The position numbers were made by a program, and so were the translations under genes. From the NCBI GenBank assembly GCA_043753995.1, contig JAYUVP010000057.1:1-14417 (forward strand): a stretch of 14,417 bases of DNA, written 5' to 3'. The notes beneath the pieces were generated by a model. The model was not told where the DNA came from. It saw only the letters and a program-made list of their open reading frames with translations, and ran no database searches. Below are positions 6,138-14,078 of the stretch, piece by piece (position 1 is the first letter of the stretch; the number at the start of each line of letters is the position of its first letter). Source of the stretch: Fibrobacterota bacterium (GTDB lineage: Bacteria > Fibrobacterota > Fibrobacteria > UBA11236).

Positions 6138-8864
6138 TCAGCGGAAACCGCGTGGCAAATTCTGGGCATCGCCACCCTCTTCGAGATAAGCTTCGAAATG
6201 CCCCTTCGCCTCTTGCTTGGCACCCGACCGGGCGGAAATAGCGCCGAGAAAAAAGTGCGGACCAGGTTCTCCAGGGCAGGACTTCAGGGCGGTCTCGCTG
6301 ATTTCCTTGGAGCGATCGTCCAGCCCGGCTTTGAAATTGGCTTTGGCCGCGGCGATGAGATGTTCGCAAGAGCGGGGATGGGCCTCTAAATCGGTCTCGG
6401 TCAAGGTGAGTCCGGCTTCCTCACGGCCAGTTTCGAGTAGAATATCGCTAAGGGCCAGGGTGGCCAAGGCCGAGTTTTTATCCAGGCTGCGGGCTTTGCG
6501 GGCCCAAGTCTCCGCCTCAGCTTTTTTGTCTTGCTTGAGCAAGGCCATGGCCAAATGGGCGGCAGCCTCGCTAGAGGATTCCAGGGCCAAGGCTTGTCGT
6601 AATTGCTCCTCCGCAGCCTCGGGTTTTCCTTCGGCGGCAAAGGCCTGGCCGCGTCCCAAGTGGCCTTTCGCTTTCCAGGTCGAGCTTTCACGATCAATCA
6701 ATTCAGTGAAGTAATAGTGACTTTCCACCGCGCTGCCGAGCTTCACAAGGCAAAGGCCCTTGTGATAAAGGGCTTCAGGAACATCGTCGCGGAAACGCAG
6801 GGCCTCACCAAATTCATCGGAGGCGCGACGATAATCACGTATCGCAAATAAGCCCCGGCCCAAGTGCAAGTGCAAAATAGGGTCGGTTGGATTCGCTTCG
6901 ACCAGGGGGCGCAATAGAGCATTGGCCTCGGCGCCAGCGCCGTTTTCGATTTTGGCGAGAGCCAGGGCAATGCGAACGGCTGAATCGCCCTGAAAGGAAG
7001 ACTTCTGAATCAGGGCAATGGCCTTGGCGGCTTGTTTGGTGGTGGTCAAGGCTTGCGCAAGTCGCGCCAAGGTTTGCGCTGCGGGGCGGAGTCCGTATAA
7101 GCGTTCGCTTTCGGCAACAGCTTCGCCATTGCGCGCGGTATGCAATAAGGCCTCGATAAAAAGCTCAAGTCCATGGGCCGATAGTTTTTGTCGCGAGGGC
7201 TTTAAGGTGGAATAGACGGCTGGCCATTCTTCTTTCGCGGCTTGCAAGTCGGCGAGGGCTTCGGCGTAAGCGGGTTCGCGAGGTGACAATTTCACGGCCT
7301 GCTGAAAGTGGGACGCGGCCAAGCCATCTTGTTTGTTCTTCAGAGCGAACTTTCCCAGCCAAAAATGAGGGCGAGCGTCCTTGGGATGAAGCTTGGCCAA
7401 GGTGTCGAGCAAGGGTTCAACGGAATTGGGCGAATCTTTTTCCAAGGCAATAGCGGACAAGGTGTAAATCGCGGCTTGGGCTTCGGGAGATTTCGCATCG
7501 AGTCCCAGGGAGCGCCAATAAGCCTGCTCCGCCAAATCCAGGCGACCTAGGGCATAATTCAATTCGCCCATCCCGCGCTCTCCCAGGGCTTGTGCCGCTT
7601 GGGATTCGCTTCGGGCCAAGGCACTATAGGCTTCGAAGGCCGAGGCCGTGTCGCCCTTGCGAAGGCTGAGGCGAGTCTTGAGGCGCAATACCGCGTCATC
7701 TTCATGCCTTGTTTCGGCGGCTTGTGCCAGCCAGGTTTCCGCCTCGCGCCAGTTTCCTTGCTCGAATTTTCTTTGGGCCCAATGAAATTGTGCCACGGCA
7801 TTGTTTTTCGTCGCTTCCTGAATCAAGGCCCAAATCGCCTCGGCAGGTGGCGAGGTTTTGGGCATGGCGGACTGGGCGGCGCGAGCAGGGGGGGCGGATA
7901 GCTTCAAGGCTTCGGCCAGCCGGCGATTACCCTCGGCGCCGAATACGCCTTTGAGTTTCGCAACCAAGGCTTTGCGCTTGGGGAGGGGCAAGTTGGAAGA
8001 GACGACTTCAATGGCAAGCTCCAATCCGAAGGCGCGCGGCACCCGAAAGGTCTTGAGATCGGATGCACGCGGAGGTGCGGCGCGTTTGGCCTTGGTATCG
8101 AGAGGCCGATTCAAAGCCATGGCCTTGAGGGCTTTGGTGAAGGCGGCGAGCGAGTCAGGGGCTATTTCTAAATAATGGGTGACAAAAGTTAAATCATGTT
8201 CTTTTGGCAAGGCGGCTAAAAGCGCATGCACCAAACGAGCGCGAGTTTCCAGGGAGCGGCTCTGGGCTTCCAGTTCAAGCCAAAGCAGGGAATACCATAA
8301 TTTTCGATAATCCGTCGTCGTGTCTTCGGCATTGAAAAAGCGTCCCAAGGTCGTGGCCGTGTCATTTCCCTCTTGCCAAAAGCGGGCATCCATGGCGGCC
8401 GCGGAAAATCCCTTGGCCCAGGTGGCATAAGGATCGGATGCCGGTTTGCTTTTTTTCTGCTTTGGTGAAGACGCGGGGACTAAGGAAATGGGATCGAGAT
8501 AATACCAGCGTGAGACGTCCTCTTCTTCCTGAAGAACCACGGCACGAGATGCGGATTTAAACCCCTTGCCGCTCAGGACGAGGGTATACCGTCCCGCATG
8601 AATCTTGCGAAAGCGAAAAGAGCCAGCCTTGCCAGTCACTTGAGTGGCGACCTTGCGTCCAGCGGTGTCGATCAAGGTGGCTTGAATGCCGCTTAAGCCC
8701 TTGGGCGATGCGGAAAATGCCGAAGAGGAGTTGCTTGTTTGTGACAGAGTGAGGCGGTTGCATACGCTGGCCCGGAAGTCATCGCCTTGCGCCAAAGCAA
8801 GGGTTCCCCATCCGAGGAACGCCATTGCACAAAGCAGGGGGCGTCGATGAGTCAGGAATGGCAT
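6138..8864 (-). CDS. Exported tetratricopeptide-repeat protein with an N-terminal carboxypeptidase-regulatory-like (transthyretin-fold) domain, ~908 aa
   Basis: Signal-peptide-like RRPLLCAMAFLGWGTLALA|QGDD. GLSGIQATLIDTAGRKVATQVTGKAGSFRFRKIHAGRYTLVLSGKGF matches the CarboxypepD_reg pattern. Many TPR-like helices in the C-terminal half (e.g. ARPHFWLGKFALKNKQDGLAASHFQQAVKLSP, LHLHLGRGLFAIRDYRRASDEFGEALRFR, EALYHKGLCLVKLG). Start moved from 9134 to ATG 8864 to remove the overlap; no SD seen, and ATG 8825 is an alternative. Confidence 0.85.
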   Translation of the reverse strand: MPFLTHRRPLLCAMAFLGWGTLALAQGDDFRASVCNRLTLSQTSNSSSAFSASPKGLSGIQATLIDTAGRKVATQVTGKAGSFRFRKIHAGRYTLVLSGKGFKSASRAVVLQEEEDVSRWYYLDPISLVPASSPKQKKSKPASDPYATWAKGFSAAAMDARFWQEGNDTATTLGRFFNAEDTTTDYRKLWYSLLWLELEAQSRSLETRARLVHALLAALPKEHDLTFVTHYLEIAPDSLAAFTKALKAMALNRPLDTKAKRAAPPRASDLKTFRVPRAFGLELAIEVVSSNLPLPKRKALVAKLKGVFGAEGNRRLAEALKLSAPPARAAQSAMPKTSPPAEAIWALIQEATKNNAVAQFHWAQRKFEQGNWREAETWLAQAAETRHEDDAVLRLKTRLSLRKGDTASAFEAYSALARSESQAAQALGERGMGELNYALGRLDLAEQAYWRSLGLDAKSPEAQAAIYTLSAIALEKDSPNSVEPLLDTLAKLHPKDARPHFWLGKFALKNKQDGLAASHFQQAVKLSPREPAYAEALADLQAAKEEWPAVYSTLKPSRQKLSAHGLELFIEALLHTARNGEAVAESERLYGLRPAAQTLARLAQALTTTKQAAKAIALIQKSSFQGDSAVRIALALAKIENGAGAEANALLRPLVEANPTDPILHLHLGRGLFAIRDYRRASDEFGEALRFRDDVPEALYHKGLCLVKLGSAVESHYYFTELIDRESSTWKAKGHLGRGQAFAAEGKPEAAEEQLRQALALESSSEAAAHLAMALLKQDKKAEAETWARKARSLDKNSALATLALSDILLETGREEAGLTLTETDLEAHPRSCEHLIAAAKANFKAGLDDRSKEISETALKSCPGEPGPHFFLGAISARSGAKQEAKGHFEAYLEEGGDAQNLPRGFR

Positions 8865-8949
8865 AGGAGGTTTTAGTGGAAATCGGAAAGAGGCTGGATC
8901 AGGCTTTACTGCTTGGAAGGTAAGGCGACAAGGGGGTTTGTGCACGGAA

Positions 8950-9795
8950 TTAAAAACGAAGGTCGAGGATGGAAATTTCCGGACGACAATTAATGCGCAA
9001 GCCGTGTAAATTGCCGACCCCCGGGGAGACATAAATCTTGCGATTATCGTACTCATAAAGCCCATTGAGGAAGTCCTTGTCACGCACCGGGGCGAAAGGC
9101 GCACCAAAGCCCGGTATCCAGAGCTGGCCGCCATGAGTGTGCCCGGCCAATAACAAATCCCATTTCAATGGCTTGGCCCTGATTTTAGAATCAGGGTTGT
9201 GGGTCAATAAAATCCGCAAACTTGCGGAAGTGGTGTCTAGTGCCGGTTGAATTGTTTCGGGTGAGCATTGCCCGGCCCAAAGGTCGCCAAGGCCTGCGAT
9301 CAATATCGAATGACCGCGAATGTTTCGCAACTCCGTGCGGTTCTCAAGTAAGGTGATATTGGCGGACTCCAATAGGCCGCGCAATTCCTTGGTGCTTGGG
9401 TAACCGCCCCGCGGATAAGACCACGCGCCACCATCGTGATTTCCCGGACAAGCAAAGGTTGGGGCGCATTCAGAAAGAATCCGCAATGCATGCGCATAGG
9501 CTGCTTTATCCGGTAATTTATCGGTATAAAAATCTCCGGTGAGGCAAATCAAATCCGGATGCTGCAAGGTGGCTTGTTGAAAGACCTTGCTTAGATAGGC
9601 TATCGATACCGGTGAGGATAAATGCAGGTCCGTAAGGTGAACAATACGTAGGGTTTCAGTGGAGCTATCCAGGCTTCCAAACTGAATGTCGCTGCGTTTT
9701 TCTCGGACCCATCCGGGCTCTATCCAATGCGCATAAATCAATAAGGCTGCCAAAAAAAAGGCGGCGACTAAAACAAGATTTCGAAATAAACGCAA
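8950..9795 (-). CDS. Calcineurin-like metallophosphoesterase, YaeI/YkuE-like, with an N-terminal membrane anchor or signal
   Basis: All five motifs are present: HLTDLH, LTGDF, PGNHD, THNPD, AGHTHGGQ. The C-terminal PFAPVRD..GVGNLHGLRINCRPEI resembles YaeI-type enzymes. Hydrophobic N-terminus followed by WIEP. TTG start 11 nt after the upstream stop, with AGGGA in the gap. Confidence 0.92.
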   Translation of the reverse strand: MRLFRNLVLVAAFFLAALLIYAHWIEPGWVREKRSDIQFGSLDSSTETLRIVHLTDLHLSSPVSIAYLSKVFQQATLQHPDLICLTGDFYTDKLPDKAAYAHALRILSECAPTFACPGNHDGGAWSYPRGGYPSTKELRGLLESANITLLENRTELRNIRGHSILIAGLGDLWAGQCSPETIQPALDTTSASLRILLTHNPDSKIRAKPLKWDLLLAGHTHGGQLWIPGFGAPFAPVRDKDFLNGLYEYDNRKIYVSPGVGNLHGLRINCRPEISILDLRF

Positions 9796-9806
9796 GCTTT
9801 TCCCTG

Positions 9807-10832
9807 CTAGCGCGCCATGCGCAAGGAGGCGCCCCGGGAATAACGCATGGAGGGCCGGCCTTCGGGCGAAGCAATGGCCGCCTTGCCCAGTTTACTTACG
9901 TCGCCATCCATGACGGGGGCCGAGGAAAGCACCCCGCGTACCGATCCGGTCAGCTTGAGGGTGTCGGGAGCGGTTAGGGAAAGGTGGGCCAGCAAGGTGG
10001 GAACGATATCCACCTGAAAGGTGTCGCCTAGATCGGATCCGGCGGGAATGCGGTTGCTGGCGAGGAGCAAAAAGACGCGGCGATCCGAATCGCGATCTTC
10101 GCCGGTTTTCCGGCCATGTCCTCCGTGATTGGCCGTCACGACAAGCAGCCAATTCTCCTGGTTAAAGGCGGGACGCGAGCGTAGGGTAGCGCAAAGGTGT
10201 CCTAGGCGTCGATCAAAATCAGCAAAAGCCGCCCGATAAAGCGGCGACCACGCTTCGTAGCCGAAGCGCGCACCCGTGGATTCGGCGGCGTCGAATTGAA
10301 CGAAAAGCACCCCGGGATTTTCGAATTCCAGAAGCCGCAGGGCTTCGCCTTCGACATCCTCGTCATTTTCGCGCTGCAGCCAATCGTGCGCATCGAAAAG
10401 CAAACGTCCCATGGGCTGGCTGTGAGTGATGGCGAAAAATCCGCCTGAATACCCCGACAGCCGCAATAAGCTGGGCAAGGCGGGCGCACGCGTAGGTTTC
10501 CAGCCTTTGAAATCATTTTCTTGGACGCCATGCGAACCCGGGCCTTGCCCGGTGAGCAAACTGGTCCAAGTAGGGCCGCTCCGAGAAGGCAAAACACTCA
10601 TGCAACGATCGCTAAAAGCTCCGACCTTGCGTAAAGAATCAAGGGTGGGTGTTTTGATACGCGGCAAAACATCCCCGCGTAAACCGCCGAAGGCAACCAG
10701 CAGAACATGGCCGGACAAAGCAGTGGGTTTCGGGGCAGGAGCTGCGGAGAGGCCCATGGCGCCCGCTAAAATCAGGGCGGCCACCTTAAAGGTGTTCGAA
10801 ATGGGGCGAGGTTGGGAGAGGTTGGCAGCCAT
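9807..10832 (-). CDS. Exported alkaline-phosphatase-superfamily / type I phosphodiesterase (NPP)-like protein with a degenerate metal site
   Basis: Signal peptide FKVAALILAGAMGLSA|APAP. Family scaffold motifs: VLLVAFGGLRGD, TPTLDSL, PSRSGPTWTSLLTG..HGV, VLFVQFD, Y..A....DRRLG, ENWLLVVTANHGG, VDIVPTLLAHL. Confidence 0.85.
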   Translation of the reverse strand: MAANLSQPRPISNTFKVAALILAGAMGLSAAPAPKPTALSGHVLLVAFGGLRGDVLPRIKTPTLDSLRKVGAFSDRCMSVLPSRSGPTWTSLLTGQGPGSHGVQENDFKGWKPTRAPALPSLLRLSGYSGGFFAITHSQPMGRLLFDAHDWLQRENDEDVEGEALRLLEFENPGVLFVQFDAAESTGARFGYEAWSPLYRAAFADFDRRLGHLCATLRSRPAFNQENWLLVVTANHGGHGRKTGEDRDSDRRVFLLLASNRIPAGSDLGDTFQVDIVPTLLAHLSLTAPDTLKLTGSVRGVLSSAPVMDGDVSKLGKAAIASPEGRPSMRYSRGASLRMAR

Positions 10833-10886
10833 GGTTCAATTCTACTCATGTAAGGTTTCATTTTTATGAAGGACTGGCTAGGTCTA

Positions 10887-11078
10887 TTAGTCATCTTTTT
10901 GCGGGGGAAGATAGCGTATTGGGTCATCAACCTTGAATTTTCGGTATTTGACCCCTTTGCCCTGCTTTTTAAGGCGGTCGGCTTTTTTCTTCGCTTGACC
11001 TTCGATTCGATGAATGATAAGACGGCATATTTCGACCTTGAATTCCTGGATTTTAATCAATTTCGTTGATTCGATCAC
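10887..11078 (-). CDS. Possible small basic hypothetical protein (63 aa)
   Basis: Lys/Arg-rich ORF from a GTG start in the 434-nt divergent gap, co-oriented with and 54 nt upstream of the NPP-like gene. No clear SD, and a competing 67-aa ORF lies on the other strand. Confidence 0.3.
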   Translation of the reverse strand: MIESTKLIKIQEFKVEICRLIIHRIEGQAKKKADRLKKQGKGVKYRKFKVDDPIRYLPPQKDD

Positions 11079-11266
11079 AAGCGACTATTGGGCATAGTAA
11101 ATCTTTTGAATTCATCCGTACCGTTCGGGACGTAGCCTTGCGGAAATAGATCGGTTCCGGGAATTATTTCTGTCCAGCGGTTTTCCTGATTTCCCCTTAT
11201 GATGTTTACGCATCGCACTTGACTTTTGCGAAGGATGCGAAACCCATTTCCAGAGGGCATAGGGCC

Positions 11267-13693
11267 ATGAAAATTCACGGATTTGCTTGCTTGCCTCTTT
11301 TTCTCTTCGGTGCTTTGCAGGCGGCCCAAGTTTGCGATTTGACTTTGACGGCCTGCCCCAAAGCTTTGCCCACCGGCACTTTGTCCGTTCCCATGGATGT
11401 CATATCCCTCGACGCTCGCATTCCCGTTTGCCAGGAATCCGGCGTGATCACTTCCCAAGTGCAGCCTTCGATTGTTTTCATCATCGACAATTCGGGCAGC
11501 ATGTCTATGGGGGATTATGACGACGATCAGGAAACCGATCCAACGGAGGCACGCTTCTCGGTGGTGGCGAGCCTGCTCGAAGAAATCAATACCGCGCATC
11601 CCGGCACTGAAGTGGGCTTGGTGGCCTTTAGTCGTCGACTGCAATTTGATCATCGTGACAATACGCTATTTAAAACGGCATTTCCCACCGACACGTCCCA
11701 ACACGATTCCTACATGCCATTGATAGCATTGAATAAGGTCTTTGCAGACGGCCGCACCGGCCTGGACACTTTGCGCGCCTTATTGAAGCACGATACCGAT
11801 GGCAATATGACCTATGCCACCAAGCTACCCGCATCACGCGGAAGCAACGACAACTTGGTGCAACAAACAGGTGGGCGGCTTAGCATGCGCCCCGGCACCG
11901 ACATCACCTTGGGTTTCGAAGCCGCGAAATTAGCGATGGCGGATTCGAAATCACCCAAGGAAAACCAGTTTTTCGTCTTTCTCTCGGATGGTGCGCCAGG
12001 AGGTATCGACTCTGGCCGCACAGCCATGCAAAATCAATTCCAGCAGGGAACGAATACTCCCACCACCTTCACCGTCTATTTCACCAATGGCGCAGGTACG
12101 GCTCCACAAAGCATTCGAACCATGACCACCAATATTCAAGCGAACGGTTACTCCGCTTCGAATCCTCAGAGCGCCTTTTACTCGGTGGGTGCTCCCGCCA
12201 CCGAATTGCAGAATCTTTTGCGCACCTCGGTGCTGAATCGCATTTTGACCGTGCCGACGGCCGGCAAAAGCGTCGAGGTGACGGTGGATGGTAAGAGCCA
12301 AACTTCCGCAAGCCGAGGCCCCGATAGTTCCAGCTTCGTTTTTTCCTCGAGCACTCCGCTGAGTGCCGGCATCACCCAGATCCAATTCAAGTACAGCCAT
12401 TCTTTTCGCGATACCACGGTGATGCCTGCCGTGATGCGCGATACCATGGTCACTTATAACCTGGCGGTACAGCGAGGAGCCACGGCTTCCCTGCCGGCCA
12501 ATGTGACCAAGACCTGCCGTGAGCAAGCCAGCCTGAATTTGTTTTCCAGCGGGCAAATGGTGAGCTCGGTGACGGCGAATCAGGCAAATCTGGAAGTGCG
12601 CGTGACGCCTTCGACGGGCCAGACTTGCGCGAATTGTACAGTGCAAATTTCGCCATCGCGGACAGCGGATCGCGAAACCCTTCCGCTCACCCTGCAAGGA
12701 GCTTATGCGGGCGGCAGTTTCGTGCGCGTGGAAAGCCTGACTCCGGTGGCGGGGGACGGTAAATTGCAGCATATCGCTTCGGATAGCTTGGTTTTACAAT
12801 GGACCAATCCCACCAATGCCTTGGACGTGGTGCGTCGCAGCTTTCCCTATCAAACCATACCCCCGACCTTGGCCATTTTCTCTGGTGGTAAGCAGCTCGA
12901 CACCGTCACCGCCGATCATGGTGCGATCGAAATACAATTGACCTTGCCCACGGGTGAGATTTGTAATGCTTGCCAAGTGCAGGTCATGCCGTCGGGCAGT
13001 GCCGATCGTGAACTCGTGACTTTGGCGGGCGGCGCATCCCCTTATCGCGGATCCTTGTCTCGGGAGGTAAGCCTAGTCCCGGTTTCCGGCGACGGCAAGC
13101 TCAGTCATTTGGCCACGGACAGCTTGGTCTTGGTTTATCTGAATCCCCTGACCCAACAGCAAATCCGGCGGAGTTATCCCTATGTGGATTTCAAAAATGA
13201 AATTGACCTGACTCCGCACAATGCCGTGGCCCGCATGCCTTCTTCGGTATCCTCCACAATCGGAATGCATTGGGCCCTTTCCGATGCTCCTGGCTTGGTG
13301 GTGCAGAATACGGGGATTGGATATTGCTGCGAAGTGTTGCCCTCTTCGCTCAATGCGGCCAACCCAGATTCGTCAAAATATTTGGGCCTGAAAATCGAGG
13401 CCACGCGCGAATTCAAAGTCGAAGTTTCCCTATTCACCACCATGGGTACCTTTGTCAATAAGGTCGCTTTCATCGTGCCACGAGCGGAATTCAAAAAACT
13501 GTCTCCCGTGGCTGGCAAGGAAGCGCGCGTTGTGCGCTTGCTATGGAAAGGGCTTTCCCAAACGGGAGCCCGTGCCGGAACCGGGGCTTATATTTTTCGA
13601 TCGACGGTTTCGCTTTTGCCCGTGCCCGGCCTCACGGCCTCGGAGCCTGCTGTAACCTCTCATCGAACCTTGGGCCTTGTGCGCGATCTTTGA
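11267..13693 (+). CDS. Secreted von Willebrand factor A domain protein with two tandem CxxC repeats and a FlgD-Ig/T9SS-like C-terminal domain (808 aa)
   Basis: Signal peptide MKIHGFACLPLFLFGALQA|AQ. Complete MIDAS: IVFIIDNSGSM (DxSxS), PGTDITLG (T), FVFLSDGAP (D). Ser/Thr-rich beta-type body. C-terminal VSLFTTMGTFV..LLWKGLSQTGARAGTGAYIFR. Start set at ATG 11267 rather than TTG 11219. Confidence 0.88.
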   Translation: MKIHGFACLPLFLFGALQAAQVCDLTLTACPKALPTGTLSVPMDVISLDARIPVCQESGVITSQVQPSIVFIIDNSGSMSMGDYDDDQETDPTEARFSVVASLLEEINTAHPGTEVGLVAFSRRLQFDHRDNTLFKTAFPTDTSQHDSYMPLIALNKVFADGRTGLDTLRALLKHDTDGNMTYATKLPASRGSNDNLVQQTGGRLSMRPGTDITLGFEAAKLAMADSKSPKENQFFVFLSDGAPGGIDSGRTAMQNQFQQGTNTPTTFTVYFTNGAGTAPQSIRTMTTNIQANGYSASNPQSAFYSVGAPATELQNLLRTSVLNRILTVPTAGKSVEVTVDGKSQTSASRGPDSSSFVFSSSTPLSAGITQIQFKYSHSFRDTTVMPAVMRDTMVTYNLAVQRGATASLPANVTKTCREQASLNLFSSGQMVSSVTANQANLEVRVTPSTGQTCANCTVQISPSRTADRETLPLTLQGAYAGGSFVRVESLTPVAGDGKLQHIASDSLVLQWTNPTNALDVVRRSFPYQTIPPTLAIFSGGKQLDTVTADHGAIEIQLTLPTGEICNACQVQVMPSGSADRELVTLAGGASPYRGSLSREVSLVPVSGDGKLSHLATDSLVLVYLNPLTQQQIRRSYPYVDFKNEIDLTPHNAVARMPSSVSSTIGMHWALSDAPGLVVQNTGIGYCCEVLPSSLNAANPDSSKYLGLKIEATREFKVEVSLFTTMGTFVNKVAFIVPRAEFKKLSPVAGKEARVVRLLWKGLSQTGARAGTGAYIFRSTVSLLPVPGLTASEPAVTSHRTLGLVRDL

Positions 13694-13782
13694 ATTTTAA
13701 TGGCTGTAGTTATAAACCTATCCTTATTCCCTGAGTCGCCGCGATCAAGCGAATAAAAGTCGTCGCCTCAATATTCCGAAAT

Positions 13783-13823
13783 ATGCTCCCTTCGGTAATT
13801 ACCTAAGGGGCATTCTTTGGTTT
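13783..13823 (+). terminator. Probable intrinsic terminator for the vWA gene, possibly bidirectional
   Basis: Stem ATGCTCCCTT-C-GGTAATTACC-T-AAGGGGCAT (13783-13813), followed by TCTTTGGTTT on the plus strand. On the minus strand it starts 8 nt after the small-ORF stop. Confidence 0.55.
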
Positions 13824-13959
13824 AATACCTCTCGAGGATGCGGACCAAATTAAATGTTCTTCGAGGATTTCGACCAAATCGAAGAAAGGGATAACTCCTT
13901 CCTTCTTGGTAAAGCATTTGTTCGAGATTGTTCTGGCTAACTAGTTCAATGCGTTTCAT
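13822..13959 (-). CDS. Small protein of 45 aa, absent from the ORF track: MKRIELVSQNNLEQMLYQEGRSYPFLRFGRNPRRTFNLVRILERY
   Basis: Hand-translated from ATG 13959 to TAA 13822. Preceded by GAAAGGGGGTGA (13976-13965) at 5-nt spacing, the strongest SD seen in the window. Confidence 0.6.
   Translation of the reverse strand: MKRIELVSQNNLEQMLYQEGRSYPFLRFGRNPRRTFNLVRILERY
13832..13879. repeat. Imperfect 19-bp direct repeat, two copies, period 29
   Basis: TCGAGGAT-GCG-GACCAAAT (13832-13850) and TCGAGGAT-TTC-GACCAAAT (13861-13879); 16 of 19 positions identical. Confidence 0.7.
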
Positions 13960-14078
13960 GGCAATCACCCCCTTTCGTTGGCAATATTACTCCAATCGAA
14001 TCGCCAGAGTAGGTGGCGTGCGGGGAACCGGATCCCATAGTGGTAGCTAAGGCGGCTTCGTTTATTCCAGCAATCACT

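Noticed and set aside
8865..9134. N-terminal 90 aa of the 998-aa TPR ORF
   Set aside because: It overlaps the conserved C-terminus of the metallophosphoesterase by 185 nt, and the signal peptide begins at Met 8864.
9807..10832. Calling the NPP-like gene a pseudogene
   Set aside because: There is no frameshift or internal stop, the signal peptide and scaffold motifs are intact, and the changes cluster at the metal ligands.
11075..12772. 192-aa and 273-aa minus-strand ORFs opposite the vWA gene
   Set aside because: Antisense shadows of a gene with an intact MIDAS and signal peptide.
13832..13879. Direct repeat as a CRISPR mini-array
   Set aside because: Only two 19-bp imperfect copies with a 10-nt spacer, and no cas genes in the window.
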